64,000 bases of DNA from a virus, in IMG/VR virus record IMGVR_UViG_3300009788_000096, positions 31,403 to 95,402 of that record; one strand, given 5' to 3'. The first letter of the stretch is position 1. Every line of letters begins with the position of its first letter. A program made the position numbers and the translations under genes. Positions 19,373 to 27,942 of the stretch are shown one piece after another. The notes beneath the pieces are model-generated. The model had not been told where the DNA came from. It was given only the letters and a program-made list of their open reading frames with translations, and searched no databases.

Positions 19373-20002
19373 ATGATGGCAGTTAAAAGACAAAGTTTAA
19401 AAGGAATTGGAAAGAAGAAGAAAGCTCGCAAAGCGGCAGCTGCACAAGGGCAAATGACGCGATGGTTGAAGCCGACTGGGAATTGGAGCATGGCATGGGA
19501 TGTATCAATTACTACAGGCACAGATATTACTCCCAGCGAAAGATTAAAGGAAAAATACACTTGGTGGGATGATAAGTATAGCATCGTTGCGCAGGAAGTC
19601 GCTGCTCCTCCGGGATTCGGGATTTCCTTTAAGTTTAAACCTGTTCCCAAAACACATGACTTTTATGTTGACTTCGTTGGTCATTATACTGGTACGCATT
19701 CCGGCCCACATTTCCCGCGTGTTGAAATTTGGGATTATAATACGACTGCATGGGTTGATACAGGTATAGAACTGGATCTCACCATGAGCGAAGATCAAAG
19801 TCTTACTTCTAACCTTATAGATAAAACCGGAGATTGGTGGGAAGCAGTAACCGATAATGTCTGGTTACAACTTGCGCATCCTAATGTTGCTGGTAATGCA
19901 GCTCATGAGATTCATGTAACCAAAATGGGCTTGAGGCAAAAAATAGTAATAACAACCACAACCACTACAACGACTACGACAACCACAACGACATCGAGTT
20001 AA
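19373..20002 (+). CDS. Hypothetical (putative virion) protein with C-terminal poly-Thr tag
   Basis: SD AGGAG; beta-rich; ends in a long Thr run then SS*. Confidence 0.6.
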   Translation: MMAVKRQSLKGIGKKKKARKAAAAQGQMTRWLKPTGNWSMAWDVSITTGTDITPSERLKEKYTWWDDKYSIVAQEVAAPPGFGISFKFKPVPKTHDFYVDFVGHYTGTHSGPHFPRVEIWDYNTTAWVDTGIELDLTMSEDQSLTSNLIDKTGDWWEAVTDNVWLQLAHPNVAGNAAHEIHVTKMGLRQKIVITTTTTTTTTTTTTTSS

Positions 20003-20011
20003 GGAGCCATT

Positions 20012-20686
20012 ATGAAAAAGAGAAAAATATTTGTCGCTGCAATGGGCGGGCATGGGACAACCTATATTCAAAAGCATATAGGCCGTTGTGCTAAACGACC
20101 GGATGTATGTTGGGGTGAAGGGTTGAATATTAAAAAATATCCAGAAGTAATGAAGGATATGCCGGTCGTCGTGAAAGCGAATATCTGGAGGCGACGGACA
20201 AGAGGCCACGAGTTAAATCCAGAATACACAATAGAAGAAAACTTTGTCAGGATGATTGATTGGACAAAAGAAGATTGGATCTTATTTTCCGGTTGGTGTT
20301 CGATGAAGTCAATGTTTTTAACGGATAATGATATCGCTGCGTTCTGTCTGGTTCGCCATCCTCTTCACGCCTATGTTTCTTACTTCGGCCATCAACACCC
20401 CAACCATTGTAGAACGCTTGGCGGCTTCAATACTGCCGCTGCGGTTCGCAAGTGGACGGGTCAATGGAATTCCATTATCTCAGATTTCTTGGCCTCGCCT
20501 GGCAAGATAGTCAGATATGAATACTTCTATAAAGACCTTCGTTATTACAAATATATTCGCGATCGGCTTTATCGTTTTGATACAACCAAAAGAAATTACA
20601 GGGAGTTAAAGAAACCATTAGTCAAGGAACTTAAAGAGCAGGTGTCTGATAACTTCTTCCAAATATATAAGGAGTGGAAGATATGA
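20012..20686 (+). CDS. Sulfotransferase-like protein
   Basis: 5'-PSB-like loop AMGGHGTTYI, 3'-PB motif LVRHPLHAYVS, and IVRYE. Confidence 0.65.
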   Translation: MKKRKIFVAAMGGHGTTYIQKHIGRCAKRPDVCWGEGLNIKKYPEVMKDMPVVVKANIWRRRTRGHELNPEYTIEENFVRMIDWTKEDWILFSGWCSMKSMFLTDNDIAAFCLVRHPLHAYVSYFGHQHPNHCRTLGGFNTAAAVRKWTGQWNSIISDFLASPGKIVRYEYFYKDLRYYKYIRDRLYRFDTTKRNYRELKKPLVKELKEQVSDNFFQIYKEWKI

Positions 20687-20832
20687 GTAAAGTTTTAATT
20701 ATTACAAAAGGTTTCGGAAAGGAACAGACCCTTGTTGTAAAAGGGTTCGGCGAGATGGGCATTATTTATGCCCGCAAGGCGATCCACATTTTCAGAAAAA
20801 TCATACGGAAGGGGATAAGACATGGCAATTGA
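20683..20832 (+). CDS. Small hypothetical protein, 49 aa (not in ORF track)
   Basis: ATGA overlap with upstream stop; SD AAGGAG; MSKVLIITKGFGKEQTLVVKGFG... with internal KGFG repeat. Confidence 0.5.
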   Translation: MSKVLIITKGFGKEQTLVVKGFGEMGIIYARKAIHIFRKIIRKGIRHGN

Positions 20833-21160
20833 AAGTTTTAGAAAGCAGTCATGGGAAGAGTGGGTTATTGCCGGCTCTATCGAAGATGTTGTAGATGCGG
20901 GAGAAACGATTGATTTGGCAAATAGCACCATCAAAGCATGGCAATGGGATGATCTTGTAACGGAGGTTACAACAACTGTAGTTGAAATCCTTACAAAAGC
21001 GAAAGATGATGTTAAGCATTATCTTAAAGTCCGAGTCAAAGGAGGCAGCGCTATCGCAGGCACAGCTAATCCGGGTGTTTATAAGATTACGTTTTATATT
21101 ATTACGAGTCTTTTAAACAAATATGAAATTGACGTTAAAATGAAAATATGGGAAACTTAA
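20822..21160 (+). CDS. Putative virion adaptor protein
   Basis: FRKQ...GETI...VRVKGG...YKITF.I.TS...YE pattern seen in small phage Ig-like adaptor proteins. Confidence 0.5.
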   Translation: MAIESFRKQSWEEWVIAGSIEDVVDAGETIDLANSTIKAWQWDDLVTEVTTTVVEILTKAKDDVKHYLKVRVKGGSAIAGTANPGVYKITFYIITSLLNKYEIDVKMKIWET

Positions 21161-21161
21161 A

Positions 21162-21296
21162 ATGGCAACTACTACCACTACAACAACAACGACCACTTCT
21201 ACGACGACGACAACAATAATTCCGTCTGGCGATCCTAAATTGATTTTTATACATGATGAAGTCAAAAAAGTTTTCAAATATCAAAAGAAAGAATAA
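21162..21296 (+). CDS. 44-aa peptide with N-terminal poly-Thr (not in ORF track)
   Basis: MA-T10-S-T5-IIPSGDPKLIFIHDEVKKVFKYQKKE*; ATG follows the upstream stop after 1 nt; mixed ACN codons. Confidence 0.6.
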   Translation: MATTTTTTTTTTSTTTTTIIPSGDPKLIFIHDEVKKVFKYQKKE

Positions 21297-21322
21297 GTTT
21301 TTAAATTTAAAACGAAACAGTT

Positions 21323-21339
21323 ATAAAATGAGTTATAAT
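21323..21339 (+). promoter_or_regulatory. Phage promoter motif ATAAAAYG-N3-TATAAT upstream of the glycosyltransferase cluster
   Basis: ATAAAATGAGTTATAAT; same motif at 41258-41274 and 57666-57682 on the - strand. Confidence 0.6.
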
Positions 21340-21429
21340 ATATTATAGAAATGTCTTCAATAATGAAGACAAACCGCCACTCATAACCGTGACCCCATAG
21401 GGGAATCACAAATGAAAAGGAGAAGTCAA

Positions 21430-22755
21430 ATGTTTAAACCTCAGAACGTAGCCATCCTCACCAACTTCCAAGATTTCAATCCCGGCTATTCCCTGTCAGG
21501 AATCGTAGCGGACCAATGTATAATGCTTGATCGCTACGGCCACAAAGTTCATCTTTATACTTGTGATAGTTATAATGATGAATTCGATGATGTTGACCTG
21601 CCATGTGAAGTACACCGAAAAATTCCGTTTTGTCACCTTACCGATTACAAAGAGGAAAAGGATTTTTCCAAGGAACACGAGATGTATGGCAAAACGTTGA
21701 AGAATGTTTTGGTGGAAGAATTCAAGACGAAGAAAATCGAGATTGCTTTTACTCATGATTGGATTTTCACCGGATGGAATCTTCCGTTTTCTTATGGTAT
21801 CCGCCTTGCCAACCCACATCTGGGTGGAGTCAATTGGATGCATTGGGTTCATAGCGTTCCTTCTGATCTTGAATATCCGCAAGGTAGGGATTGGTGGGAT
21901 ATTAGGAGATATGGCCCGAATCATAAAATTATTTTCCCCAATGCCATCGAAAGAACCCGGGTGGCCGAACAGTTTAAAGGACAAATTGATGATGTCCGTA
22001 TAATCCCGCATATCAAGGATCTGCGAACATGGTATGACTTTGATGAGGAAACATGGGAATTCATAGATGACTTCCCCGGCGTAATGCAAGCGGACATTGT
22101 GCAAATCTATCCGGCTTCCACTGATCGTCTTCGTGCGAAACAGATCGACATGGTTGCAAATCTTTTTGCTCGCTTTAAAGAAAAAGGTTTTACTGTTTGT
22201 CTTGTCGTTGCAAACCAATGGGCAACCGAAAAAGAGCAGGAAAAAGATATCCAAAACTTTTTGGATCTTGCACCTAAACTGGGATTGAAGCCAAATGAAG
22301 AATTGATCTTTACTTCGGCATGGAAAGATGGCAAGTATAATACCGGTCTACCGAAGAAGATATTGAGGGAGCTGCAATTATGTTCCAATATTTTCGTCTT
22401 CCCAACGGTAGAGGAATCATTTGGTCTGGTTGGACCGGAGGCTGCGCTTGGTGGTAACTTCATGGTTCTAAACAAAAGTCTTTATATGATGTTCGAGATA
22501 TTTGGGAACTCTGGACTTTACTGTGATTTCGGTTCCTACCATAACATCTTCGATCCTAAAAATATTGGAATTACTATGGATCAATATCTGGCAGGGGTTT
22601 GTAATCTGATTCTGGGGAGGTTTTCACAGAATGAAGTATTTCAAACCCGGACTTGGTGTCGAAGAGTTTATAATATGGATAACCTATATAATCAAGTCTA
22701 CCAACCGTTGATGGCAGAGTCCCGTCTGTGGGGCTTCCCCACCAAAGCATTATAA
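21430..22755 (+). CDS. Glycosyltransferase, GT-B fold (GT4-like)
   Basis: SD AAGGAG; NIFVFPTVEESFGLVGPEAA is the GT4 EX7E motif. Confidence 0.85.
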   Translation: MFKPQNVAILTNFQDFNPGYSLSGIVADQCIMLDRYGHKVHLYTCDSYNDEFDDVDLPCEVHRKIPFCHLTDYKEEKDFSKEHEMYGKTLKNVLVEEFKTKKIEIAFTHDWIFTGWNLPFSYGIRLANPHLGGVNWMHWVHSVPSDLEYPQGRDWWDIRRYGPNHKIIFPNAIERTRVAEQFKGQIDDVRIIPHIKDLRTWYDFDEETWEFIDDFPGVMQADIVQIYPASTDRLRAKQIDMVANLFARFKEKGFTVCLVVANQWATEKEQEKDIQNFLDLAPKLGLKPNEELIFTSAWKDGKYNTGLPKKILRELQLCSNIFVFPTVEESFGLVGPEAALGGNFMVLNKSLYMMFEIFGNSGLYCDFGSYHNIFDPKNIGITMDQYLAGVCNLILGRFSQNEVFQTRTWCRRVYNMDNLYNQVYQPLMAESRLWGFPTKAL

Positions 22756-22765
22756 GGAGGCAAAG

Positions 22766-23986
22766 ATGGAGATAACCATTAAGTCATTTAACGGCATTGG
22801 TGATTTACTTTTTGTAACTCCAACGCTGAAAGTAATTAAGGAGGCCTATCCTGATTGTCATATAACAGTCAATACTAATTATCCGGACTTGTTGGAGGAC
22901 AATCCAAACGTTGACGTGATTGGATCTGAGAACGTAGGAACGTTTCTGGGGTACGATGATCCAATTCACCAGAAATGGCCGACAGCGCATCATATATTAA
23001 AGGACTGGCATATAATCTGTGAAGAATATGGCCTGCATACTGATAAGCCAGCGCTGCAACCAGAACTTTATCTTAATTTTATGACGGCACTGGATGTGCT
23101 TGAAAAACATCGATCCCCAATAGGAGTGCAAATTATACACAAGGGGCATTGGCATGCAAAAAAGATTTGGCCTAAATTTGATTATCTTTCGCGGCTCCCT
23201 AAGTTTGTGCCAATTCCAAAGGTGCCTTCGATTAAGGATTTGATTTACTTCATTGCTTGTTGCAAGGCGGTAGTATGCGCTGAAGGTGGAATCTCACATA
23301 TCGCAAAGGCAGTAGGAACACCAGCGATAGTCATTTACGGAGGCTTTGCCAAACCGGAATGGAATGGTTATGAAGATCAAATAAATGTTTGCAATGAAAA
23401 ATGGTGTTCCTATTGTTACAACCCGAAACCATGCGAAAATGAAATTGAAAGAATTTGCATGAAAGAAATTTCAATCGAACACGTTTGCCGGCTGGCTGAA
23501 GGTTTGGAAAAGATTCCAGAGCTTGAACAACACAATGCAATGAAGTTTATAAAAGAAGATGCTTTATGTTGGTCAAGAACCTGCTCTTCCCATAGACCCG
23601 ACATGTTAGATATCGGTGCTGGCAATAATCCCTTGCGTGGCGCGAGAGGGATAGATACAGGTAAAGATGAAGATGCTTATAACATCTACACAGCGGATCG
23701 TTCGCAAGATTTTATCTTCTCTTCCCATTGCATCGAGCATTTGGATTATCCTTCTAAAGCTTTGAGAGAATGGAGCAGAGTGCTTCGTACCGGCGGTCTG
23801 CTTTATCTTTATTTCCCGTCGCCGGATTATATACCTTGGAGACAGAAGTCAATGCCGAAATGGCATAAGCATGATTTTCGCATTGAAAGTATTTTGGCAA
23901 TGCTCCCCGACGATTTATACCCAATTGAAATCGCCCATACAGATTGGTTCTTCGGTCAAAAAATTATAGCGAGAAAGGAAAAGTAA
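22766..23986 (+). CDS. GT9 (heptosyltransferase-like) glycosyltransferase fused to a class I SAM methyltransferase
   Basis: GIGDLLFVTP, EGGISHIAKAVGTPAIVIYGG and CSYC..CMKEIS (GT9); LDIGAG, DFIFSSHCIEH and RVLRTGG (MTase). Confidence 0.85.
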   Translation: MEITIKSFNGIGDLLFVTPTLKVIKEAYPDCHITVNTNYPDLLEDNPNVDVIGSENVGTFLGYDDPIHQKWPTAHHILKDWHIICEEYGLHTDKPALQPELYLNFMTALDVLEKHRSPIGVQIIHKGHWHAKKIWPKFDYLSRLPKFVPIPKVPSIKDLIYFIACCKAVVCAEGGISHIAKAVGTPAIVIYGGFAKPEWNGYEDQINVCNEKWCSYCYNPKPCENEIERICMKEISIEHVCRLAEGLEKIPELEQHNAMKFIKEDALCWSRTCSSHRPDMLDIGAGNNPLRGARGIDTGKDEDAYNIYTADRSQDFIFSSHCIEHLDYPSKALREWSRVLRTGGLLYLYFPSPDYIPWRQKSMPKWHKHDFRIESILAMLPDDLYPIEIAHTDWFFGQKIIARKEK

Positions 23987-23987
23987 A

Positions 23988-24770
23988 ATGGCTAAAAAAA
24001 TGATCAAGAAGCAAAAACTTAAATGCACGGCGGAGGGTTACAAAGAAGCATTGAACCGGGTGAGGGCTGCGGAAGATCCTGTTGATGCGCTTTGCAAATT
24101 TTATAATGAAACAGTCGGGATGAAAAAAGGCCGGACGGTTTTCGATACGCAATTTGTTCCGTTCATCGAGAAGTATGGATGTGACAGGGAAATAAGTTTG
24201 GAGATTGGCTATGGCCCCGGTTCTCTTGTGGCCGAAGCAGGGAAGCATTTCCGTGAGACATGGGGGATAGATGCTCATGAGGCACGGAATCTGGTTGGCC
24301 ATTTGTTGGAAGCAAATGAATGCTATAACTATAAACTCCTTATCAGTCCTGATGGAAGAAGTATTCCCACGAAGAAAAATAACATTGACTTCATTTATTC
24401 ATGGACTGTTTTTATGCACTTCGGGAAAATCGGTATCGCCAGTGATTATCTTCGTGATGCCTATGCGGTTTTGAAACCGGGAGGTCTGGCGCTCATTTAC
24501 TTCTCCAGAATGTATCGAAGTCGAAAGCATGAAACAAAAGAGGAATGGCTGGCTGCAATTGAGCACGAAGAGGAAATGGAACGGTATCGAGAGATTAGTG
24601 GCAGTACAATCCAAAAGATTAATCTTCAAATCTCCATGCAGCAAATGGTTGATATGTGCGAATGTGTCGGTTTTGAAGTCTTGGAACGAACGGCATCGAC
24701 CAGAAGAATCGACGGAATACTTTGCCACCACGGTCAACATGGGGTAGTACTTCGAAAAGAAAAGGAGTAA
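23988..24770 (+). CDS. Class I SAM-dependent methyltransferase
   Basis: LEIGYGPG, WGID, DFIYSWTVFMH, VLKPGG. Confidence 0.85.
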   Translation: MAKKMIKKQKLKCTAEGYKEALNRVRAAEDPVDALCKFYNETVGMKKGRTVFDTQFVPFIEKYGCDREISLEIGYGPGSLVAEAGKHFRETWGIDAHEARNLVGHLLEANECYNYKLLISPDGRSIPTKKNNIDFIYSWTVFMHFGKIGIASDYLRDAYAVLKPGGLALIYFSRMYRSRKHETKEEWLAAIEHEEEMERYREISGSTIQKINLQISMQQMVDMCECVGFEVLERTASTRRIDGILCHHGQHGVVLRKEKE

Positions 24771-24773
24771 AAC

Positions 24774-25496
24774 ATGAGAGAAAAAGAAGTTGCAGTTGTG
24801 GCAATGCCAAGGACAGGCTCCACATATCTTTTTAGATGCTTGGCTGGTCTCAAGCATGCAGGTGGAAGTCCGAAAGGCGCCAACCTTGCAAAGCTTCCAA
24901 TAATGAAGTGCCACAGTTTAGCTCCACCCGAAACTTTCGGTGATCCGTGGTCAAGCCAAATAAGTGAGCATTGTCTTAAAGGAAGAAAAGTCATTTGGCT
25001 TTTCGGTGATCCAATAGCTTCTGTCGTTTCCACAATGAAGAAAAGGTTTGACCATGTTCATGCGAAGAATTGTGGCTGCTTTAAACCGCTGGGGATGGTG
25101 GATCTGATAGATAGAGATGACTTTAACTATGAGTGGATGTTTGACTCATGGACATCTATCCGACATGACTTTCCCGTTTTATGTGTAAGGTATGAAACCT
25201 TATGGAAAAACCGTTTTGTGATCGAATGGTTTCTGGGAAGAAAAGTCAAATGGAATGAGTGGAGTCCTCGGTCTAACAGGTGGACCACAGAAGAACTTCC
25301 AAACTTTCTTTCGAAAGCCTTAAATAAAACCTATTCAAGTTTGGTTGAAAAAGTTCAAATGCATCCGGATGTAACTTTAAATGGTGGAGATACATTGAGA
25401 ATATCCGGGGATTTGGTAAGGATAGAAAAAGGCGTTGGATTTGGCAAAAACTATTTTTATGACTTAGTAAAAAAAGGAGAAACGGAAAATGGCTGA
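24774..25496 (+). CDS. Sulfotransferase-like protein
   Basis: AMPRTGSTYL (5'-PSB), KCH, GDPIASVVS, VRYETL. Confidence 0.75.
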   Translation: MREKEVAVVAMPRTGSTYLFRCLAGLKHAGGSPKGANLAKLPIMKCHSLAPPETFGDPWSSQISEHCLKGRKVIWLFGDPIASVVSTMKKRFDHVHAKNCGCFKPLGMVDLIDRDDFNYEWMFDSWTSIRHDFPVLCVRYETLWKNRFVIEWFLGRKVKWNEWSPRSNRWTTEELPNFLSKALNKTYSSLVEKVQMHPDVTLNGGDTLRISGDLVRIEKGVGFGKNYFYDLVKKGETENG

Positions 25497-26541
25497 GCTG
25501 TCAATTATTGTACCGTATGTGAACGAGTATCCACAAATCCTTTTTACACTTCAAAGTATTGCGCAAGACCTACGAGGTCGCGTTGACTTTGAAGTCATTG
25601 CTGTAAACAACTATTGCGATGAAGTCATTGCTCAAGATCGCGATAGCACAAGACGAATCATTCGAAGATTAAAAGCATTTTACAATATCGAGGCTTCAGA
25701 TGAAGAAATTGTTGAAACATTGGTCGGTGAAGAAATTGGACTCATTGGGCCAGAAGATAAAGGTGGCAAGGCAGTAGAAGCATGTGCTAAAGGGAACGAC
25801 TGGCTTACGGCGATTTCATACACGGACAAGTTAAGTCATTGGAATGCGAAGCGTTTCGGCATTGAAAATAGCAGTGGTGATTATTTTCAATTCATTGATT
25901 CCCATTGCATCGTCGGCCGGAATTTGCTGTATGATATGTTTGACTTTTATAAAGATAACGCTTGGAGCATGGATGGCACGCTCCATCCGCCCTTGACATA
26001 TCTCATTTTGGAATGGCGAAGATTAATATATGGATTAAGATTTGTCCATACCGAAAAACAAGCGCAACTTGACTATAAGTTTTCGAGTTACCAACATCCC
26101 GAGAGTGGCTTGCCATACGAGGTTCCGTGTATGTCGACTTGTGGTATGCTAATGACTCGGGAGCTATACGAAGAAACTGGTGGCTGGCCTAAAGAACTGG
26201 GAATTTATAGTGGAGGCGAGCACTTCATGAATTTCACCCTTGCTGTTCTTGGAAAGAAGAAGTATATCTTTCCAACTAAATTTGCGTTGTATCATCATGC
26301 CGAAAAAAGAGGATATGCTTTTAACTCCGGTGATACTCTTCGCAATCGCTTAATAGCAGCATATCTATACGGTGGCCTTGATTGGTTTTATGAAAATATA
26401 AAGAAGTGTAAAGGTCGGCCAAATGTGATTAAGAAGTTTCAAGCGGAGATTCCATTATTGTGCAAAGATCAGCGGCAATGGATTAAAGATCGACAAGAGA
26501 TGACTATATTCGAATGGCTGGAAAAGTGGGGAAAGATATGA
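25489..26541 (+). CDS. GT-A glycosyltransferase (GT2 superfamily) with polypeptide GalNAc-transferase (GT27)-like motifs
   Basis: SIIVPYVNE...TLQSI, FIDSHC (DxH), PCM...GGWPKELGIYSGGEHFMNF...YHHAEKRGYAF. Confidence 0.8.
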   Translation: MAELSIIVPYVNEYPQILFTLQSIAQDLRGRVDFEVIAVNNYCDEVIAQDRDSTRRIIRRLKAFYNIEASDEEIVETLVGEEIGLIGPEDKGGKAVEACAKGNDWLTAISYTDKLSHWNAKRFGIENSSGDYFQFIDSHCIVGRNLLYDMFDFYKDNAWSMDGTLHPPLTYLILEWRRLIYGLRFVHTEKQAQLDYKFSSYQHPESGLPYEVPCMSTCGMLMTRELYEETGGWPKELGIYSGGEHFMNFTLAVLGKKKYIFPTKFALYHHAEKRGYAFNSGDTLRNRLIAAYLYGGLDWFYENIKKCKGRPNVIKKFQAEIPLLCKDQRQWIKDRQEMTIFEWLEKWGKI

Positions 26542-26942
26542 AAAAAGAAACGGATTATAAAAGCTACCTTGACTCTCTTGAAGAAAAAGTAATTATCCCT
26601 GGAATCGTTTCTGGTGAACTGTGCAAGAAAAGAAAAGTTCCCGCAAGAAAAGGCAAGCTGTATAAAAGCGATTTCGGAAAATTTGTAGGCGAGTCATTCG
26701 ATTGTAAGGATGCAGCTGCCATAGATTATTACGGGTACTTTAAAAAATCGAGTGGCTTCAAGCCTCTAATTACTTCGTACGAAGACATTGAAGTCAAGTC
26801 AATAAAGATAAAGGTTTGCCATTTCGCTTCTATCAAAATCGAATACGTATCAAAGATGGCACCGGAGTTGATGGAGGAGTTCTTTAACTTCAAAGGCTAT
26901 TTACTTCTCTTGAGGGGATTTAAGAGCGGGAACTTTGACTAA
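26538..26942 (+). CDS. Hypothetical protein (last gene of + arm)
   Basis: ATGA overlap with the GT stop. Confidence 0.55.
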   Translation: MKKETDYKSYLDSLEEKVIIPGIVSGELCKKRKVPARKGKLYKSDFGKFVGESFDCKDAAAIDYYGYFKKSSGFKPLITSYEDIEVKSIKIKVCHFASIKIEYVSKMAPELMEEFFNFKGYLLLLRGFKSGNFD

Positions 26943-26964
26943 GTGGATCCAAGAGTAGCGGTGG

Positions 26965-27147
26965 TTAAGCCTCCGCTGCTCTTTGAAATACTTCTTCAAG
27001 CTTGTCATACTGTTTTTCTGTTAAGTAATTATTATCTTCATAAAACGTTTCCACATTGGCCACGAAGTTAGTCTCCCAATCGTCCAATGGATCATGTTCC
27101 ATGAACTGGAAGATATGTTCGATTCGGCTATGTTTTCTTATCTTCAT
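26965..27147 (-). CDS. Hypothetical protein
   Basis: SD and overlap with upstream stop; L..WE.NFV...LTEKQ motif. Confidence 0.6.
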   Translation of the reverse strand: MKIRKHSRIEHIFQFMEHDPLDDWETNFVANVETFYEDNNYLTEKQYDKLEEVFQRAAEA

Positions 27148-27503
27148 TTGCTTCTCCTTTTAATGACTCGCTTTTTCTTTCTCCTTTTAATAATTCGTTT
27201 TCCTTGTTGAAATTTAAACGCAACTGACAGTTCGTTAATTCTGGATTGTATCCCTCGTATTCTTGATTTTAAACTTCTGATATATTCATAATACTGGTCT
27301 TCGTTTTTGATATAGAAGTATCCGCTGCCACGACTTCCTATTGGATGCCTCCTTGAGATAAGTTCACGGATAATCTTCCGGACTCCCGGCTGAGACAAGT
27401 CCCATTTGTCTTTAGTATTTAATATACGTCCGATTTGTTGGGCTGTTATTGGATTAGTCCAGCTTGCATTTTTAATTAATTCAAGAATTTCGCGAGCGTT
27501 CAT
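27144..27503 (-). CDS. Winged-HTH DNA-binding protein with tandem IKRR C-tail
   Basis: PITAQQI...VRKIIREL...PIGS..SGYF; start MNARE after GAGGAG. Confidence 0.65.
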   Translation of the reverse strand: MNAREILELIKNASWTNPITAQQIGRILNTKDKWDLSQPGVRKIIRELISRRHPIGSRGSGYFYIKNEDQYYEYIRSLKSRIRGIQSRINELSVAFKFQQGKRIIKRRKKKRVIKRRSK

Positions 27504-27724
27504 CTTCTTTTTCTCCTCTTGATAATCCGTTTTTGCTTCACGATTTTTAACCTGTTTAACTTCTTGAAGTGGCGTGGACATAAGGCCAGCCTTAATCCGC
27601 GTGGATCTCCAGCCTCACGATTGCCGATAACAACTCCAATAATATCATCACGCCATTTACAGTCGGGGTCTAAGTCAAAGCACTCCCAACAGACACGACT
27701 TCCCTGTAATCTAACAAGTCTCAT
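27500..27724 (-). CDS. Small Zn-finger-like protein with IKRR C-tail
   Basis: CWEC...CPRH; coupled on both sides. Confidence 0.55.
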   Translation of the reverse strand: MRLVRLQGSRVCWECFDLDPDCKWRDDIIGVVIGNREAGDPRGLRLALCPRHFKKLNRLKIVKQKRIIKRRKRR

Positions 27725-27942
27725 CTTATCACGATCCTCGCCGTTTTGGGATTAACAAATACTTCAGGTTTGACATTCTCAGGCTGATCATTGAGTTGAG
27801 TCAAGGGATCAGCAGTAGGTATGTGAAGCATAGTGTCAAAGTCAACCTCAATAGTTATGCTGGCGCCAGTTTTGAATACATGATCAAAAAGATGTTGAAG
27901 TGTTTCCGCTGTATTTTGACTTATCTCAACTTTTAGTTTCAT
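27721..27942 (-). CDS. Hypothetical protein
   Basis: SD AAGGAG; coupled. Confidence 0.55.
   Translation of the reverse strand: MKLKVEISQNTAETLQHLFDHVFKTGASITIEVDFDTMLHIPTADPLTQLNDQPENVKPEVFVNPKTARIVIR

Noticed and set aside
3739-21215. ACN tracts as microsatellites, CRISPR arrays or assembly artefacts
   Set aside because: Third codon positions vary, the tracts stay in frame as Thr/Ser and sit at domain borders or termini, and there is no repeat-spacer structure or cas gene.
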